Source of the DNA: Entomortierella parvispora E1425
Taxonomy: Eukaryota > Fungi > Mortierellomycota
Assembly (NCBI GenBank): GCA_020891255.1
Contig: BQFW01000007.1
Coordinates: 1,612,001 to 1,676,000 of the forward strand
DNA length: 64,000 nt
Direction: 5' to 3'
The notes below the pieces were generated by a model. That model was given only the letters and a program-made list of their open reading frames with translations, was not told the origin of the DNA and ran no database searches. Positions 38,831 through 50,173 of this stretch are shown here, piece after piece. The position numbers and the translations under genes are program-made. How positions within the stretch are numbered: the first letter of the stretch is position 1; each line of letters begins with the position of its first letter.

Positions 38831-39305
38831 AGTGAGGTGAATGGGCGTGGAATGAGAGGCGGGGCAAGAATGAGTGAGAGAATGAGACGAGACAGAGAAG
38901 GAAGGAAGAAGGAGGTCGATGAAAGGCGTCTTTTATCAAGGCTGGTGAGGGAATAAACGAGACAAGAGAGAAGCCAGGGAACAAGTCCAAGGACGAGGAG
39001 ACGGACCACGAAGAATATGCCTCATTGGACATGGCACGGTCGTCCCTTGTCGCACGGACAGACAGAAAAGACGCAGAGAAGGCATGTGGCTTAAGGGCCG
39101 CCACTCCATTTCGCCCATCATCATGCATCGATCAGAGCTTGCCCCAGGTTTGCTTCCTTTTTTCCCTTCTCTTGCTCTCCTTCCCCCGCACCACACACAC
39201 ACTCCGCTTGACTAGCATCAGACAGGAAGGCGTACATCAGGACCACTCCAGGCTGCAACCCCCTCGCCTCTACCGATAGACAGACAGACAGACAGACAGA
39301 CCACC

Positions 39306-39913
39306 ATGCCGATCGCTCATCAGTTCAGGGCCTTTACCGACAGCACAAACGTGCTCCTCATCGCAAAGATCGCTACCATCTCTTCCATGGGCATCTTTGC
39401 GGGGACAGCTTTGAACTACAACACCGTCACTATGCCCTCTCTCCGCAAGTTCGCCTCGAGCTCCTCCCTTGCCGTCTGGGCTGAGATGTACCAACTTGCC
39501 AAGCGTAAGGCGCCCAGTCTTATTCTCGCTGTTTCTTGAAATGTTGCAACTGCGGTATACTATTTTATTTGTTTCCAACACTCATGACATTCTCTCTCTT
39601 TGTTCTAGCTATCCAAATTTCGACCATTGTTCTCAGTGCCCTTGGGGGTGCAGGATTGTACTACAAGACACAAAACTCATACTACCTGGCTGGTGCGCTC
39701 ATGATGGTCGTCATTATCCCCTATACAACTACACTGCTCTACCCGATCAATAACAAGCTCCTGGATATTCGAAAAACAGGGAGAGATGATGGCACTGTAG
39801 AAGAGATGCTCATTCGATGGGATGCTATCCACTTTGGCAGGACGTTGCTGGGCTATGGAGCCATGATCGTCACGTTGTACGGCGCCCTGAAGAGCCACAC
39901 TCGCATTGTGTAG
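39306..39913 (+). CDS. DUF1772 (anthrone oxygenase-like) membrane protein, copy 1
   Basis: Two exons joined by a phase-1 intron (~39506-39608). Motifs: GIFAGTAL....TMPSL, W.EMY, IIPYT..L.PINNKL, LIRWDAIHFGRT. Confidence 0.8.
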
Positions 39914-40203
39914 AAAAAAACAAGTTTCCATTCGGTAAAAGGAAGAAGCGGACTTGCCGCATGTTTCGCAATAAAAAAGGAAAAAAAAAAAAAGTTCGCA
40001 GCACGTCTCAGTTCTCCAAGTGCACGCGACACACACACCGCTTAAGTGCTCCAGGGTCATCCATTGCACTTTAATAGTCCCCCTTCCGATTCTTTTATTT
40101 CCTTTTTTCCTCTTCCTTTCTTACGCTCAACCCCCTACTTCCCACGTCCTGACCACTCTCAATTTCTTACGACCTCGATTTTCTTACCAGAGCGACCAAC
40201 AGA

Positions 40204-40849
40204 ATGCCCCTTTCACAACAAGTCTGCACCTTCTTCAATGGAGACAACCTGCTTTTGATCTCCAAGTGCATCACCATCGCTTCCATGGGGATTGGTGCTG
40301 GTGCCGGTGTCGCTATGAACGGCACCATCATGCCTACTCTCACAAAGCTCTCAGGCGCAAGTGCTGTCAGCTTCTGGTCACAGATGGCCCATCCTGCAAA
40401 AAGTATTGTCTTTTTGTCCCTTGTGAATTCAGATTACCGTGGATAGGTGGACGTGATAAATTGCACCTACTAACACCAACTTCCGCGCTGCTTTTACTCG
40501 ATTCCCTCTCCCCGACCCAATAGTGACCCAACTGTCTTCCCTAATCACTGCATTCCTGGGTGGCGTTGGGGTGTACTACAAGACCAAAAACAAGTACTTT
40601 CTTTATGGCAGTCTGCTCATGTTGTCGATCATTCCTTACACGGTGGTCATGTTCTTGCCGATCAACAGAGAGCTATTCGCGTTTGCGAAATCCGGACTGG
40701 CTGACGTGGATGGATCATTTGCTCGCAAGATTGTAACCTGGAACCGGAACCAATATGGACGCACAGCTTTGAACTTTGCCGCTTTGTTCACCACCCTTTA
40801 CGGTGCCTTGAAAGAAGGCGAAGGTGACAATAAGGAAAAGCCCGAGTGA
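40204..40849 (+). CDS. DUF1772 membrane protein, copy 2
   Basis: Same intron position and phase as copy 1. Motifs: SMGIGAG..MNGTIMPTL, IIPYTVVMFLPINREL, WNRNQYGRT. Confidence 0.78.
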
Positions 40850-41230
40850 GTAAAATCCGGGAAGAGAAACCCAGACGGGTTGTACAAATTCAAATGAAAA
40901 AAAAACAAAAATCCACTCCCTTCCTGTTGACATCATAGCTCGACACTTGTCAAAAATAAAAAAAAAAGCAATGATCTCTTTGACGCCAAACGGACGCGTG
41001 CTGCTGAAAGAATCCTGCAGGATGGTTACAAACGAGAGAGAGAATGTGTGTAAAGTCTAGAGCGCTTTCTTGTGCGCACACCTGACGACTATGTTGGTTG
41101 CACAGCGCACCAACCCCATCTCTCAATCCAGCAGGGCTCACCACAATTGCCAAGCCATTTTTTTTCTTCGTCTTTCCTTTTCATCTCCACTTGCCCCATT
41201 CGCTGTCTTTTCTTCCTATCACAACACCTC

Positions 41231-41903
41231 ATGGCGCTTACTCCTAACACCAAACTCGGAGGGTACAATGTCCATGTTCTCACATTCCTCAAGTGTGCAA
41301 CCATAGCCGTAATGGGTCTTGGAACAGGATCAAGTCTCAACATCAACATATCCGTAATGCCTTCTCTCGCAAAAGTATCTACTTCAACAGCCACCCTTCT
41401 CTGGACAAACATGGTAGTTCCATCAATGGGTAAGAACACACACAAAAACACGGATTCATAAGCTCAGAACATCGGGTATCATCCAGAGGACTTCAAATAA
41501 CCGACCTCGCTTCTACTTTTTTTTTTTTTTTTTTTTTTGGGAAAACGAAGCAATCCAAGTGTCCGCCTATGTTCTTGGGTTTCTTGGAGGAATGCTTCTT
41601 TACAACAAGACCAAGAACAAGTACTACCTGTATGGTGGACTTATTATGGCCTCTATCTTTCCTTACACTATGGCCATGTTTGTGCCCATCAACAAGGATA
41701 TCTTTGCGTTTGTCGAAGCGGGTCTGGAGGACGTGGACGGATCCATGGCGGAAAAGATGTGGATTTGGAACAGGAACCAATGTGGACGGACAGTCCTGAA
41801 TGCGGCGGGATTCCTCACCACACTCTTTGGTGCAGTAACAGATCTAGGCCATGATGAACATCAAAAGGAAAATCATGGCAGCACCAAGCGCAAAACAACG
41901 TAG
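41231..41903 (+). CDS. DUF1772 membrane protein, copy 3
   Basis: Same intron position and phase. Motifs: VMGLGTGSSLNINISVMPSL, IFPYTMAMFVPINKDI, WNRNQCGRT. Confidence 0.78.
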
Positions 41904-43375
41904 AGAAGGTCCCTTCCCCAGCAGGGAGGAGATCCATCTCAATTGCTTTTCGCGTGTCTGGAAAAGGAAATTATCATCGATGACCCGCACTCTTGGCGCG
42001 CAAGAGCAGAAAAGAAAAACTTTAAAAAAAAAAAAAAAAAAGAGAGCAAAACCGAAATAAAACAAAACCGCGATCGTTCCGTCTGTAGAAAGTTTGAGAG
42101 TCTACAGGAATTACAGAGGAATCAGGATAGAGCCGTGCTATGGTCTGGGACTGTTTGAGGATTTTGAGGAGGGGAGGGTGAGGAGGCTGTCCCTTCAAGA
42201 GGACACGATGGGATCGTCGTTCGTTCGGATAAGTGGATCCCGGATCCTCGTCAGAGAAAACGTGTTCGCGTAGATTTGTTCCATAGGTTTCTTTGTTCCT
42301 TTTGGGGAGTCTATCGACTCTTTGAAAAAGGTGAGGATATTTTGCTCGGAAGGATGGAATCTAGCCTGCCTCTAGAGTCCTCAATTCGGTCATTTACCCC
42401 CCTATTCCCTCTTGACACAAACAGATAATGACAAATACAAAAGATGAACTAAAGCCGAAGAAAACGCCTTCCGCCGAAACTCCTGAGCCAAGAAGAGAAA
42501 GCGCGTTTAAGAAAGCTGCATGGCTCTGAACATAAAGAAACGAAGCGTTTTTTTTTTAATCTTTTTTTGCCACCTAATCATGCACGCGTGGCGGGCTCTT
42601 CAGCCCATGGGTTTCGCGAGCCAGAGAGAGAAAGAGAGAGTGGGAGAGTAAGATTGTTCTCTTTCTCCGTTCAGTTTTTCTTTTCTTTTCTGAATGGTAA
42701 CAGAGAAAGCAATTGAGAGTAAGAGGAGGGAAGGGACGTACAAAAGAATGGGCCTCCTTGAAATGCACAATCGACTGCATCCAAAAGCGATATCATCGTT
42801 AAATCATCCCTCCTGAAATAATAATAATAAAAAAATACAAAGGGGAGAGAAGACGCAGAATTGACCCTCCCAAGGGACTCCTCTTTTTTCGCCTCCATCC
42901 AGGAGGCAAGAGCGAGAGGGGAGCGAGCGAGGGACTAGGACTGATAGTTCGCGCTCACTTTCCCAAACAATGGCGCGTTTCCCCTCTTGGAGACCTCGTC
43001 CCCTCAATGGTCCGTCCCCCTTTACAACCAGGATGGATAAGGATTGTAGCAGGAAGAAGAAGAGTGAAGAAGAAACGAGGACTTTATTGACGCGTTGCTG
43101 CAAGCACCAACGACCCAAGAACCATAAGCTTGGACATGTCCAGGAGTTCTAATTACTATATTGGCCATTAATAGAAGCTACACCACGACCATATTCGTGC
43201 GTATCGCTCTCGACTCGTCCTTGATCCTATGGGTCCTCCCCCACAGACAAACAACAACAAGTGTGTAAATCCCGGCACGGAGGCAGCTCATCACCGTCCT
43301 TTGGTCTACTCAAGGCATGCCGGATCGAAGGACCAGAAACAAGAAACGAGAGAAAGGGAGACGCTGAAAAGAGGA

Positions 43376-43381
43376 TATAAA
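43376..43381 (+). promoter_or_regulatory. Candidate TATA box of the GPI-protein gene
   Basis: TATAAA about 220 bp upstream of ATG 43601, followed by a long CT-rich leader. Confidence 0.4.
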
Positions 43382-43600
43382 CCATCCTGCCTTGTCTTCA
43401 CCTCCCTCTCTTTTCACTTTTTCCACTTTTTGCTTTTTCTGGTCCTTCATCTCTTTCACCCTCGACCGTCTCCCCTCGTCTCTCTCCTACAAATCAAACA
43501 CCTCACACGACTGCGAAAAAGATCCCCTTCCTTCCTCCATTCTTTTCTCTTCTTCTTCTTCCTTTTCCTCTCTCTCTCTTTTTCTTTTCTCTTTTTCCAA

Positions 43601-44179
43601 ATGATCCAATCAATCCTTACTGGTCTTACTCTCGCTGCTGTTACCATGGCCGCCGCACCCGCCACCTTGAACCACATCTCGTTCACTCAACCCGTGGGCG
43701 AAGGTATTTCCTATGCTGCAGGCACCAACCAAACCTTTTCCTGGACTATGGCCTGCACCTCGCCCTCCACCTTGACCTCGGCCACACCTTCGGCCACAGA
43801 AGTCGATTTCATGGACTCGAACAACATCGATAACGCGTTCTATGTCAAGAAGGTCGGTACCATCGACTGCACCAAGGGTGTCGGTAACTTGGTTTGGACC
43901 GTTCCCGCAGACACCAAGCCCGGTGTCTACGCCTTGCAGTTGTTGTTGACCCCCAACAACGCCTACTCGGGTCGCTTCAATGTCACCGCCCCAGGCTCCA
44001 GCTCTACCCAGGGTCCCTCCGGCGGATCCTCCGGCTCTGGCAACAACAACGGTGGCAGCACAAACAGCGGCTCCAACGGCAGCACTGCCTCCGGAAGCAG
44101 CGCCAGCAGCCACAAGGTCGTCTTGGCCTGGACCGCGCTCGCGGCCGGTGCTGGAGCCGCCTTCTCCATGTTCCTGTAA
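43601..44179 (+). CDS. Secreted GPI-anchored Ser/Gly-rich cell-surface protein (Kre9/Knh1 N-terminal-like Ig fold)
   Basis: Signal peptide MIQSILTGLTLAAVTMA; a Cys pair (AC...DC); W.VP.D.KPG.YAL and YSGRFNV motifs; a S/G/N linker; and a hydrophobic C-terminus after SSH (omega-site-like). Confidence 0.85.
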   Translation: MIQSILTGLTLAAVTMAAAPATLNHISFTQPVGEGISYAAGTNQTFSWTMACTSPSTLTSATPSATEVDFMDSNNIDNAFYVKKVGTIDCTKGVGNLVWTVPADTKPGVYALQLLLTPNNAYSGRFNVTAPGSSSTQGPSGGSSGSGNNNGGSTNSGSNGSTASGSSASSHKVVLAWTALAAGAGAAFSMFL

Positions 44180-44533
44180 AAAAACACCTCCCTCCCTGCC
44201 CCTCCTCCACTCTCCAATTCGCCTCACTTCAACGCTTTTTACAGCCTGCCTTCCCAATTCCCAACAAAAATTGCATGCCGATTCTCTTTCTTCGCGACTC
44301 TCCAACACACACCATTCTTTGTATTTGGACGTTCTTTTCCATGTCAAATCTTTATCGTCATCATATTGCATCTAGAGCATTTCTGCCAATGTTAGCTTTC
44401 TCTCAATAATACAACTTACATACAAACACGACTCTGCTGCTGTCATTTGAGGTGTGTTTTGGTCAATGCTGTTTTTTTTATTATTTTCATTTCGTAGTAC
44501 ACTGCAAAAGCACACAGGGTCATTTACTCGCGT

Positions 44534-45895
44534 TCATTCATTTCGACGAATCCAGGCTTTAGGGGGCCACCTCTTGGAGGGTTTCTGTTGGTCGTCTGTA
44601 CCATGAGCGGCCTTGTCCTCGTTGGTCATGGCCTCATGGACAACTGCCGCGACAATGTCGCGTTGGTGATCGTCGTTGGTCTCGTCACTCATTCCCCAGC
44701 CACGACGACCTCGCGATCCCCAGCTGCCGTTGCTGTCTCGTGTGACCGTCTCTTCTACAGAGCCATCAGGATGTTGGATCTTGATCACAGTCTCGGTGTC
44801 GCCATTGACAGTGTTGACAGTGCGGTGTTCCACAGTGCCATCGGGTCGTGTCACCGTTGTTTGGCTAAATGACTACAAGAGAGAAACGAGAGGGTCATGA
44901 TTAGAGAGCGCTCCACAGTGCACGACTTGGGATGACTCGTACAGTTGCCTCTTTGATTTTACCTCGGATTGTCCCCAGGATCGCCCTCGAGGCCAGTGAT
45001 GGGCCTGTCGCTCCTCCTCCACGTCGTGCTCGGAGGATTGACTCATTCCTGTAAACAAATGATGCTGGCGCTCCTCTGAGGACACCTCACCACGCTGAGG
45101 ATCACGATCCTCCCCTTTGCGTTGCCACCAATGTTTCGCATCCTTCTCCCAGTTCGTTCCAACCTGCTTCACCTTCTCGACCAAAGCTGGCACGACTCTC
45201 TTGTGAGTGGCGGCGTGAGGCTCTGAATCCCCTTCTCCCTCTTTCAGCTCTGTGATTTTGGTTCCGCCAAAAACATCATACTCTGGCTGACGGTTCTTTT
45301 GACCCAAGCGTTTAAAGAACGAGTCCTCATGGGTTGTGAACAGCAACCAGTCCAGCAATCCAGGCGAGACCGAGGTTGTGATCACCGTCTTGCCTTCATC
45401 TGCCGTTCCCGCCTTTCCTTGCGTGATTGTAAACTCTTCGTCGTTTCCTGTGGTCGCCACCGAAGATGGATCCTGACCAGATCTAGAGGTTGTGAATACA
45501 CTGCCGCTGCCCTCATCCAAGGGTGGCAATTCCTCGATGGTGATCCTGTAACGTTTCTTGGGTCCGTCGGTTCGGAAGCTCCATGGAAAGTGAAGCATAT
45601 GGTGTCCTCCTCCGTTCTCTTCCAGATAGCTCTTGCTGTTCTTTTCGAACGTAGCCACCTCTCGCGAGAGTGTCTCGAGTCCTCCAAAGACGGAGGCTTG
45701 CATGGTATTGAGGAGGGAGTTGACACTGGAGTGAAGAGCTTGAGCCGCCTGATCGAGCTCTTGCTCAAGAGCGTTGGGATCCATGGTCACGGAAAAGATG
45801 GATCGACCACCGGCAGGCGCTCCCGCGCCTTGGGGAGCGGCTGTCGATGGGTCAGTGACGTTGCTGTGGCTATGGTCGGGTTTGTCTGCTGCCAT
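44534..45895 (-). CDS. Hypothetical protein with a HAX1-like C-terminal motif
   Basis: Two exons (intron ~44873-44963). The spliced product reads SWGQSE|SFSQTTVTRPDGTVEHRTVNTVNGDTETVI, which resembles the HAX1 C-terminal block as I recall it. Confidence 0.6.
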
Positions 45896-46091
45896 GGTGT
45901 GAGCTTGTGTTGCTGTGATGGTTGGTTTTGATGGTTATGAATGAGTTAAAGAAAGAAATGGAGGAAGAATGAAATAATGAATAATGAGTGGCCCTCGCCC
46001 TTTATGTCATTTTGCCCCACCCTGCGTGCCACAAAAGGCAAAAAAATCACGGCCAAGAGATTTTTTTTTTTGAAAGAAATTCTTTTATTGC

Positions 46092-48236
46092 TCAGGTTTG
46101 GTGATCCAGGTTGTATGGCTCCCAAGAAGGCAATCTTGGCGGCGCGGAAGGTCGCGGCAGGTATTCGGGGGCATAATCTGGAGGGGGAGGCGGAGGCGCG
46201 ATCTGGTCAATTTGGGGGTCGTATTGCTCCAATGCTGGATTGTACGCCGGGTGATGCTCGTCGTCTTGGATTGGTGCTACCATCTGCTGCTGTTGCTGGT
46301 GGTAAGGAGTGATGTGTCTCTGCTCCAATTGTCCTCTTCCAGCATACGTGTTGGATCGTCCAATAACACCACTTGGATCATATCCATGACCCATAGGGGC
46401 ATATATCCCTTGGACACTGGGCAACAGTGGTGGTGGTGCCACAATCTCGCGTGGTTGTGAAGCCGAGTGTCGTTTGTTAGACTGGAACTGGATCTCCTTC
46501 TTGCCATCCCGCCAGAACTTCTTGAGCGTCGTTACTGGGTTTTGGACACTGATGGAGCGGCGCATATAGATGCTGCTTGTTCCATCGTTTCCGTCTCCTC
46601 CTGGATATACACCATTATGGGTTGCTGGTGGTGCTACCACAGTCGGTGGCATGGTAGCTAGCTGGCTGCTGCTACCGCCACTTGATGAAACTAGGCTTTC
46701 ATTGGAAAAACTGGAATCAGAGGCAATAATTGTTTGCTGTTGTAGACGACGCTGTTCCGTTCTCAGACTCTTGTTCTTTCTGAGATAAATACTGTCTGTG
46801 CCATGATTTCCATCTCCCGCTTCTTCCGTGCTGTTCCTGCCCTCGATCTCTGCCTTGGGAACAGCTGTGGCCCGACGGATATGGTTTTCTTGACGGATCA
46901 AAGATGGCGTGTGCAGTCTCTTGCAGACGGCGAGTTCTGACTCCAGCCTGTGGCCACACTTGCTGCATTTGTATGCAGTGACAATGCCTGGCATCTCTCC
47001 AACTGCAAACACGGGTGCTGGTGCTGGTGCTGGTGCTGGTGCTGGTGCTAGTGCTAGTGCTGGTGCTATTGCCGCTACTGGTGTTGATTCTGGTGCTGCT
47101 ACTGGTGGTGATACCTGGGTGACGGGAGGGGCTGCTGGTGCGACCAATGTCAGGTTGCGCATTCTTTCCTCTGGCGACAAGAATGGGTCCTCCGATCCGT
47201 CGTCGTCGCCTCCAAAGTCAATAAGATCTTTTTCCGCCTTATCATCGCTTGAATATGGAGCAGTTGGTGCTGCTGAGTGCTCAGAGTGCAAAATCGCGGA
47301 AGTGGCAACTGGAAGATTGACATTGTGTTCCTCGGCCTCTGCCAGCGGTGGGGACGTCAATCGTCGGATTTGATTCTCCTGGTGGACAACTCCGGGGAAA
47401 TGTACTCTTTTGCAAACGGAAGTGGCCGAATCGAGCTTTTGGCCACATTTTCGGCATTTGTAGCTGATCACGATTCCATCAGACTCGGCGGCATCTGGAG
47501 GATTGCTACCATCTCCCTCGCCTTCTGCCACTGGTGGGGACGTCAATCGTCGGATTTGATTCTCCTGGTGGACAACTCCTGGGAAATGCACTCTTTTGCA
47601 AACGGAAGTGGCCGAATCGAGCTTTTGACCACACCTTCGGCATTTATAACTGGTTACGATTTCTGGGGCCTCCAGCCCAGTCGATGTTTCCGTAATAACA
47701 TCGGCGGTATCGTCGTCTAGCAAATCTGGCACTGAGGAAACTAGTGGCGGCGGCAGTGACGAGGACGATGACAAGGATGCTGTTGATGGTTCAGAGTTCC
47801 CATTAAGGTAGACTTGAGGGTTTCGTGGCTGGTAAGAAGGGTATTGCTGATTGGGTTGAGGCGTAGCCATGGTGGCACCCATGGCTGGATAGGGCATTGA
47901 GTAGTGTCGGGAGGTCGCGCTCTGAACTGGCATTGCAGGGTATGAGGGCACCGCGGGAGGAACTGTGGGGGCCGCCGTTAGTCCAGCAGCAGGGCCTGTA
48001 GTCATGACGGGGTACTGAGGATAGAACGCAGGCGGCGGTGGCATTGCATTTGGAGCCGTAGGTGCAGATGGTGCAGTGGGGGCCATGGGTGGATAGTGGG
48101 ACGAAGGCATGGCGGGATAAGAGCTCCCTGAAGCCGAATACGAGTCCGGGACTGCAGTTTCCTCAAGAGCATAGGGAGGAGGAGGAGCCTCCTCGTCCTC
48201 GTTGACGGGGCGGTAATGGGCAGGACGATGGGCCAT
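46092..48236 (-). CDS. 714-aa Pro-rich orphan with PPxY motifs and three CxxC-x10-C-x3-H repeats
   Basis: Intronless ORF. It has APPPPY near the N-terminus, PPPPPPDY at the C-terminus and three YKCxxCG..L.S...VCKR.H.P....QEN.IRR repeats. Confidence 0.85.
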   Translation of the reverse strand: MAHRPAHYRPVNEDEEAPPPPYALEETAVPDSYSASGSSYPAMPSSHYPPMAPTAPSAPTAPNAMPPPPAFYPQYPVMTTGPAAGLTAAPTVPPAVPSYPAMPVQSATSRHYSMPYPAMGATMATPQPNQQYPSYQPRNPQVYLNGNSEPSTASLSSSSSLPPPLVSSVPDLLDDDTADVITETSTGLEAPEIVTSYKCRRCGQKLDSATSVCKRVHFPGVVHQENQIRRLTSPPVAEGEGDGSNPPDAAESDGIVISYKCRKCGQKLDSATSVCKRVHFPGVVHQENQIRRLTSPPLAEAEEHNVNLPVATSAILHSEHSAAPTAPYSSDDKAEKDLIDFGGDDDGSEDPFLSPEERMRNLTLVAPAAPPVTQVSPPVAAPESTPVAAIAPALALAPAPAPAPAPAPVFAVGEMPGIVTAYKCSKCGHRLESELAVCKRLHTPSLIRQENHIRRATAVPKAEIEGRNSTEEAGDGNHGTDSIYLRKNKSLRTEQRRLQQQTIIASDSSFSNESLVSSSGGSSSQLATMPPTVVAPPATHNGVYPGGDGNDGTSSIYMRRSISVQNPVTTLKKFWRDGKKEIQFQSNKRHSASQPREIVAPPPLLPSVQGIYAPMGHGYDPSGVIGRSNTYAGRGQLEQRHITPYHQQQQQMVAPIQDDEHHPAYNPALEQYDPQIDQIAPPPPPPDYAPEYLPRPSAPPRLPSWEPYNLDHQT
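47341..47655. repeat. Recent intragenic tandem duplication (186-bp period) of the Cys/His module
   Basis: Blocks starting near 47347 and 47533 are nearly identical at the DNA level. Confidence 0.9.
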
Positions 48237-48703
48237 GATGCAGTCAATCGGACCAAGAGGAGAGGATGGGGGATAGAATGAATGAATGAATGAGGAGTGA
48301 GTGAAGAAGAATGAGGCAGAAGAAATGAGGTAGAAGGATGCGGAAAAACAAAAACGTCGAGGTGGACAACGACAACGAACAAAGGGTCGTCAGTGCGTGG
48401 CACAAAGAAGAGGTGCGGCGTGTGACAAAAGTCGACGAACGCCGCGATGAGCGTATTTTAGGCTTTTGATGTCAAGAGAAGACAATCAGACAGTCAGACA
48501 ATCAGGGAGACAATGTCAAGGAAGAAGAAAGACACCACAGCCAGAAGGACAGCCGGGTGAACAGCCGGGCGGAGGTGGGATATTGTTGGCTGGTTGCCAC
48601 CAAAAGCGCGTTTTTTGGCTCTTTTTTTTTTTTCTAGGCTTGCATTTGTCCATTCCAGCCTTCACCATCCACTCTGCCCCCCCGAACAGGAGGCAATACG
48701 GAA

Positions 48704-49891
48704 ATGTCCTCAGGAAGATCTACTTACACGCGGACACCAGACCAGCTGAGGCAGGACGAACAGAAGCGTCTGGCGAGGCTCCAGAGGAGAGGAAATGGAT
48801 CAGCCTCAGCCACAGACAGATCAGGGAAGGATTACATAGATGGTTTCGAGCAGAGCATCGGCCTCTTTGGTGATTCGTCCGTCGCTAATGGTGAAGCTGG
48901 CCAGATCTTCGACTATGACCACGGCCTGCTCAAACTCCATCTCGCCAATGTCGATGGAGGTTCTGTGAAGCTCATGTCACATTTTGTGTGGAATGCTGCT
49001 CTGGTCATGGCCGAATATATTGAAAAAGGCGACGTTATTGACGTTCATGGCAAGCGAGGTATGTTTTTCCAACGCAGACACACAGCATACTTTGAACAGA
49101 GACCAGGCACTGAACAGCTTTTCTTGAAATATTGATTAGTGATCGAGTTTGGAGCAGGAGCAGCTTTGCCAGGACTCTTATGCGTTAAAAGAGGAGCTGC
49201 CTTTGTTACCGTGACAGATTACCCGGACCCTGCTATTGTTCGAAATCTCGAACGAAATTGGTACGAAAACCTGATCGAAAGTGAAGAGGACAAGGAGGCA
49301 AGGCGGATATCCGGGCAGGAATCAGTTCAGACGACATCGTTCCTCAACGTCTTTGAAGGAACATCCGAGGCATACGAGTCAGCAACGACAAAGCGGCAGG
49401 TGGCTGAGCAAAAGGCGAGGTGTGCTGTGCGAGGTCATGCCTGGGGACAGAGTGTAGATGACATGCTGGATTGTTTATCGACATCAGTCTCTCCTGCGAC
49501 TATGTTGTCAGGATCACGACCAAAGTATGACTGGATCCTCATGGCAGACACACTCTGGGTCTCTGAAGGTCACCCAGATCTACTCAAATCGTGCTTGGCT
49601 GTTTTGGACAAGAGCGGCAAAGTGCTGATCTGCTGTGGTCTCCACACCGGTTACAACACGGTGCAGCGATTTTTGGCCTTGGCGGAATCTGATCGCTATG
49701 GGTTCGTGTCCAGATTGATCGAGATCCGTCGAGTGCCTCTGTGGGGAGACAGTCGAACGCCAGATGAACTTCGAGAAGAGAGCAGCAAGCTGAGGGAGGA
49801 AGATCTTGAACAGTTCACGACTGAGGATCGCAACAGGACCGTTCTTGTTTATGAGCTTAGTCTACGGGAAGAAGATTGTATAAAATCATGA
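48704..49891 (+). CDS. Seven-beta-strand protein methyltransferase, EFM7/NNT1-like (Methyltransf_16)
   Basis: Two exons. Motifs: HFVWNAALVMAEYI, GKR|VIEFGAGAALPGL, VTVTDYPD, HAWG, YDWILMADTLW. Confidence 0.88.
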
Positions 49892-50173
49892 ATCTGTCTC
49901 CTGCTTTCCATAGGCTATGCAATATGATGCTTTGGGACATTCAAGCAGAAAACCCCTGCTGTGGATTCATCTTACCTGGATGTGAGCCTTTGCTTCGCCA
50001 AGGTCAGACTGGTGGGACGATACCCAAGCAGAAAAAAAAATGAGTGATGAGGTGACAAGCTTTCCCTCGGAGCCATACTCTTTCCTTCTTTTAACCACAC
50101 CCACGAAGAAATCTACTCAAGTTCATCGCCATCAAGTTAACATTGAATTGGATCCATTGATCTCATTCCCTCG

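Noticed and set aside
43229-43600. N-terminal extension of the GPI-protein ORF
   Set aside because: It is a CT-rich leader that happens to lack stops; the signal peptide begins at ATG 43601.
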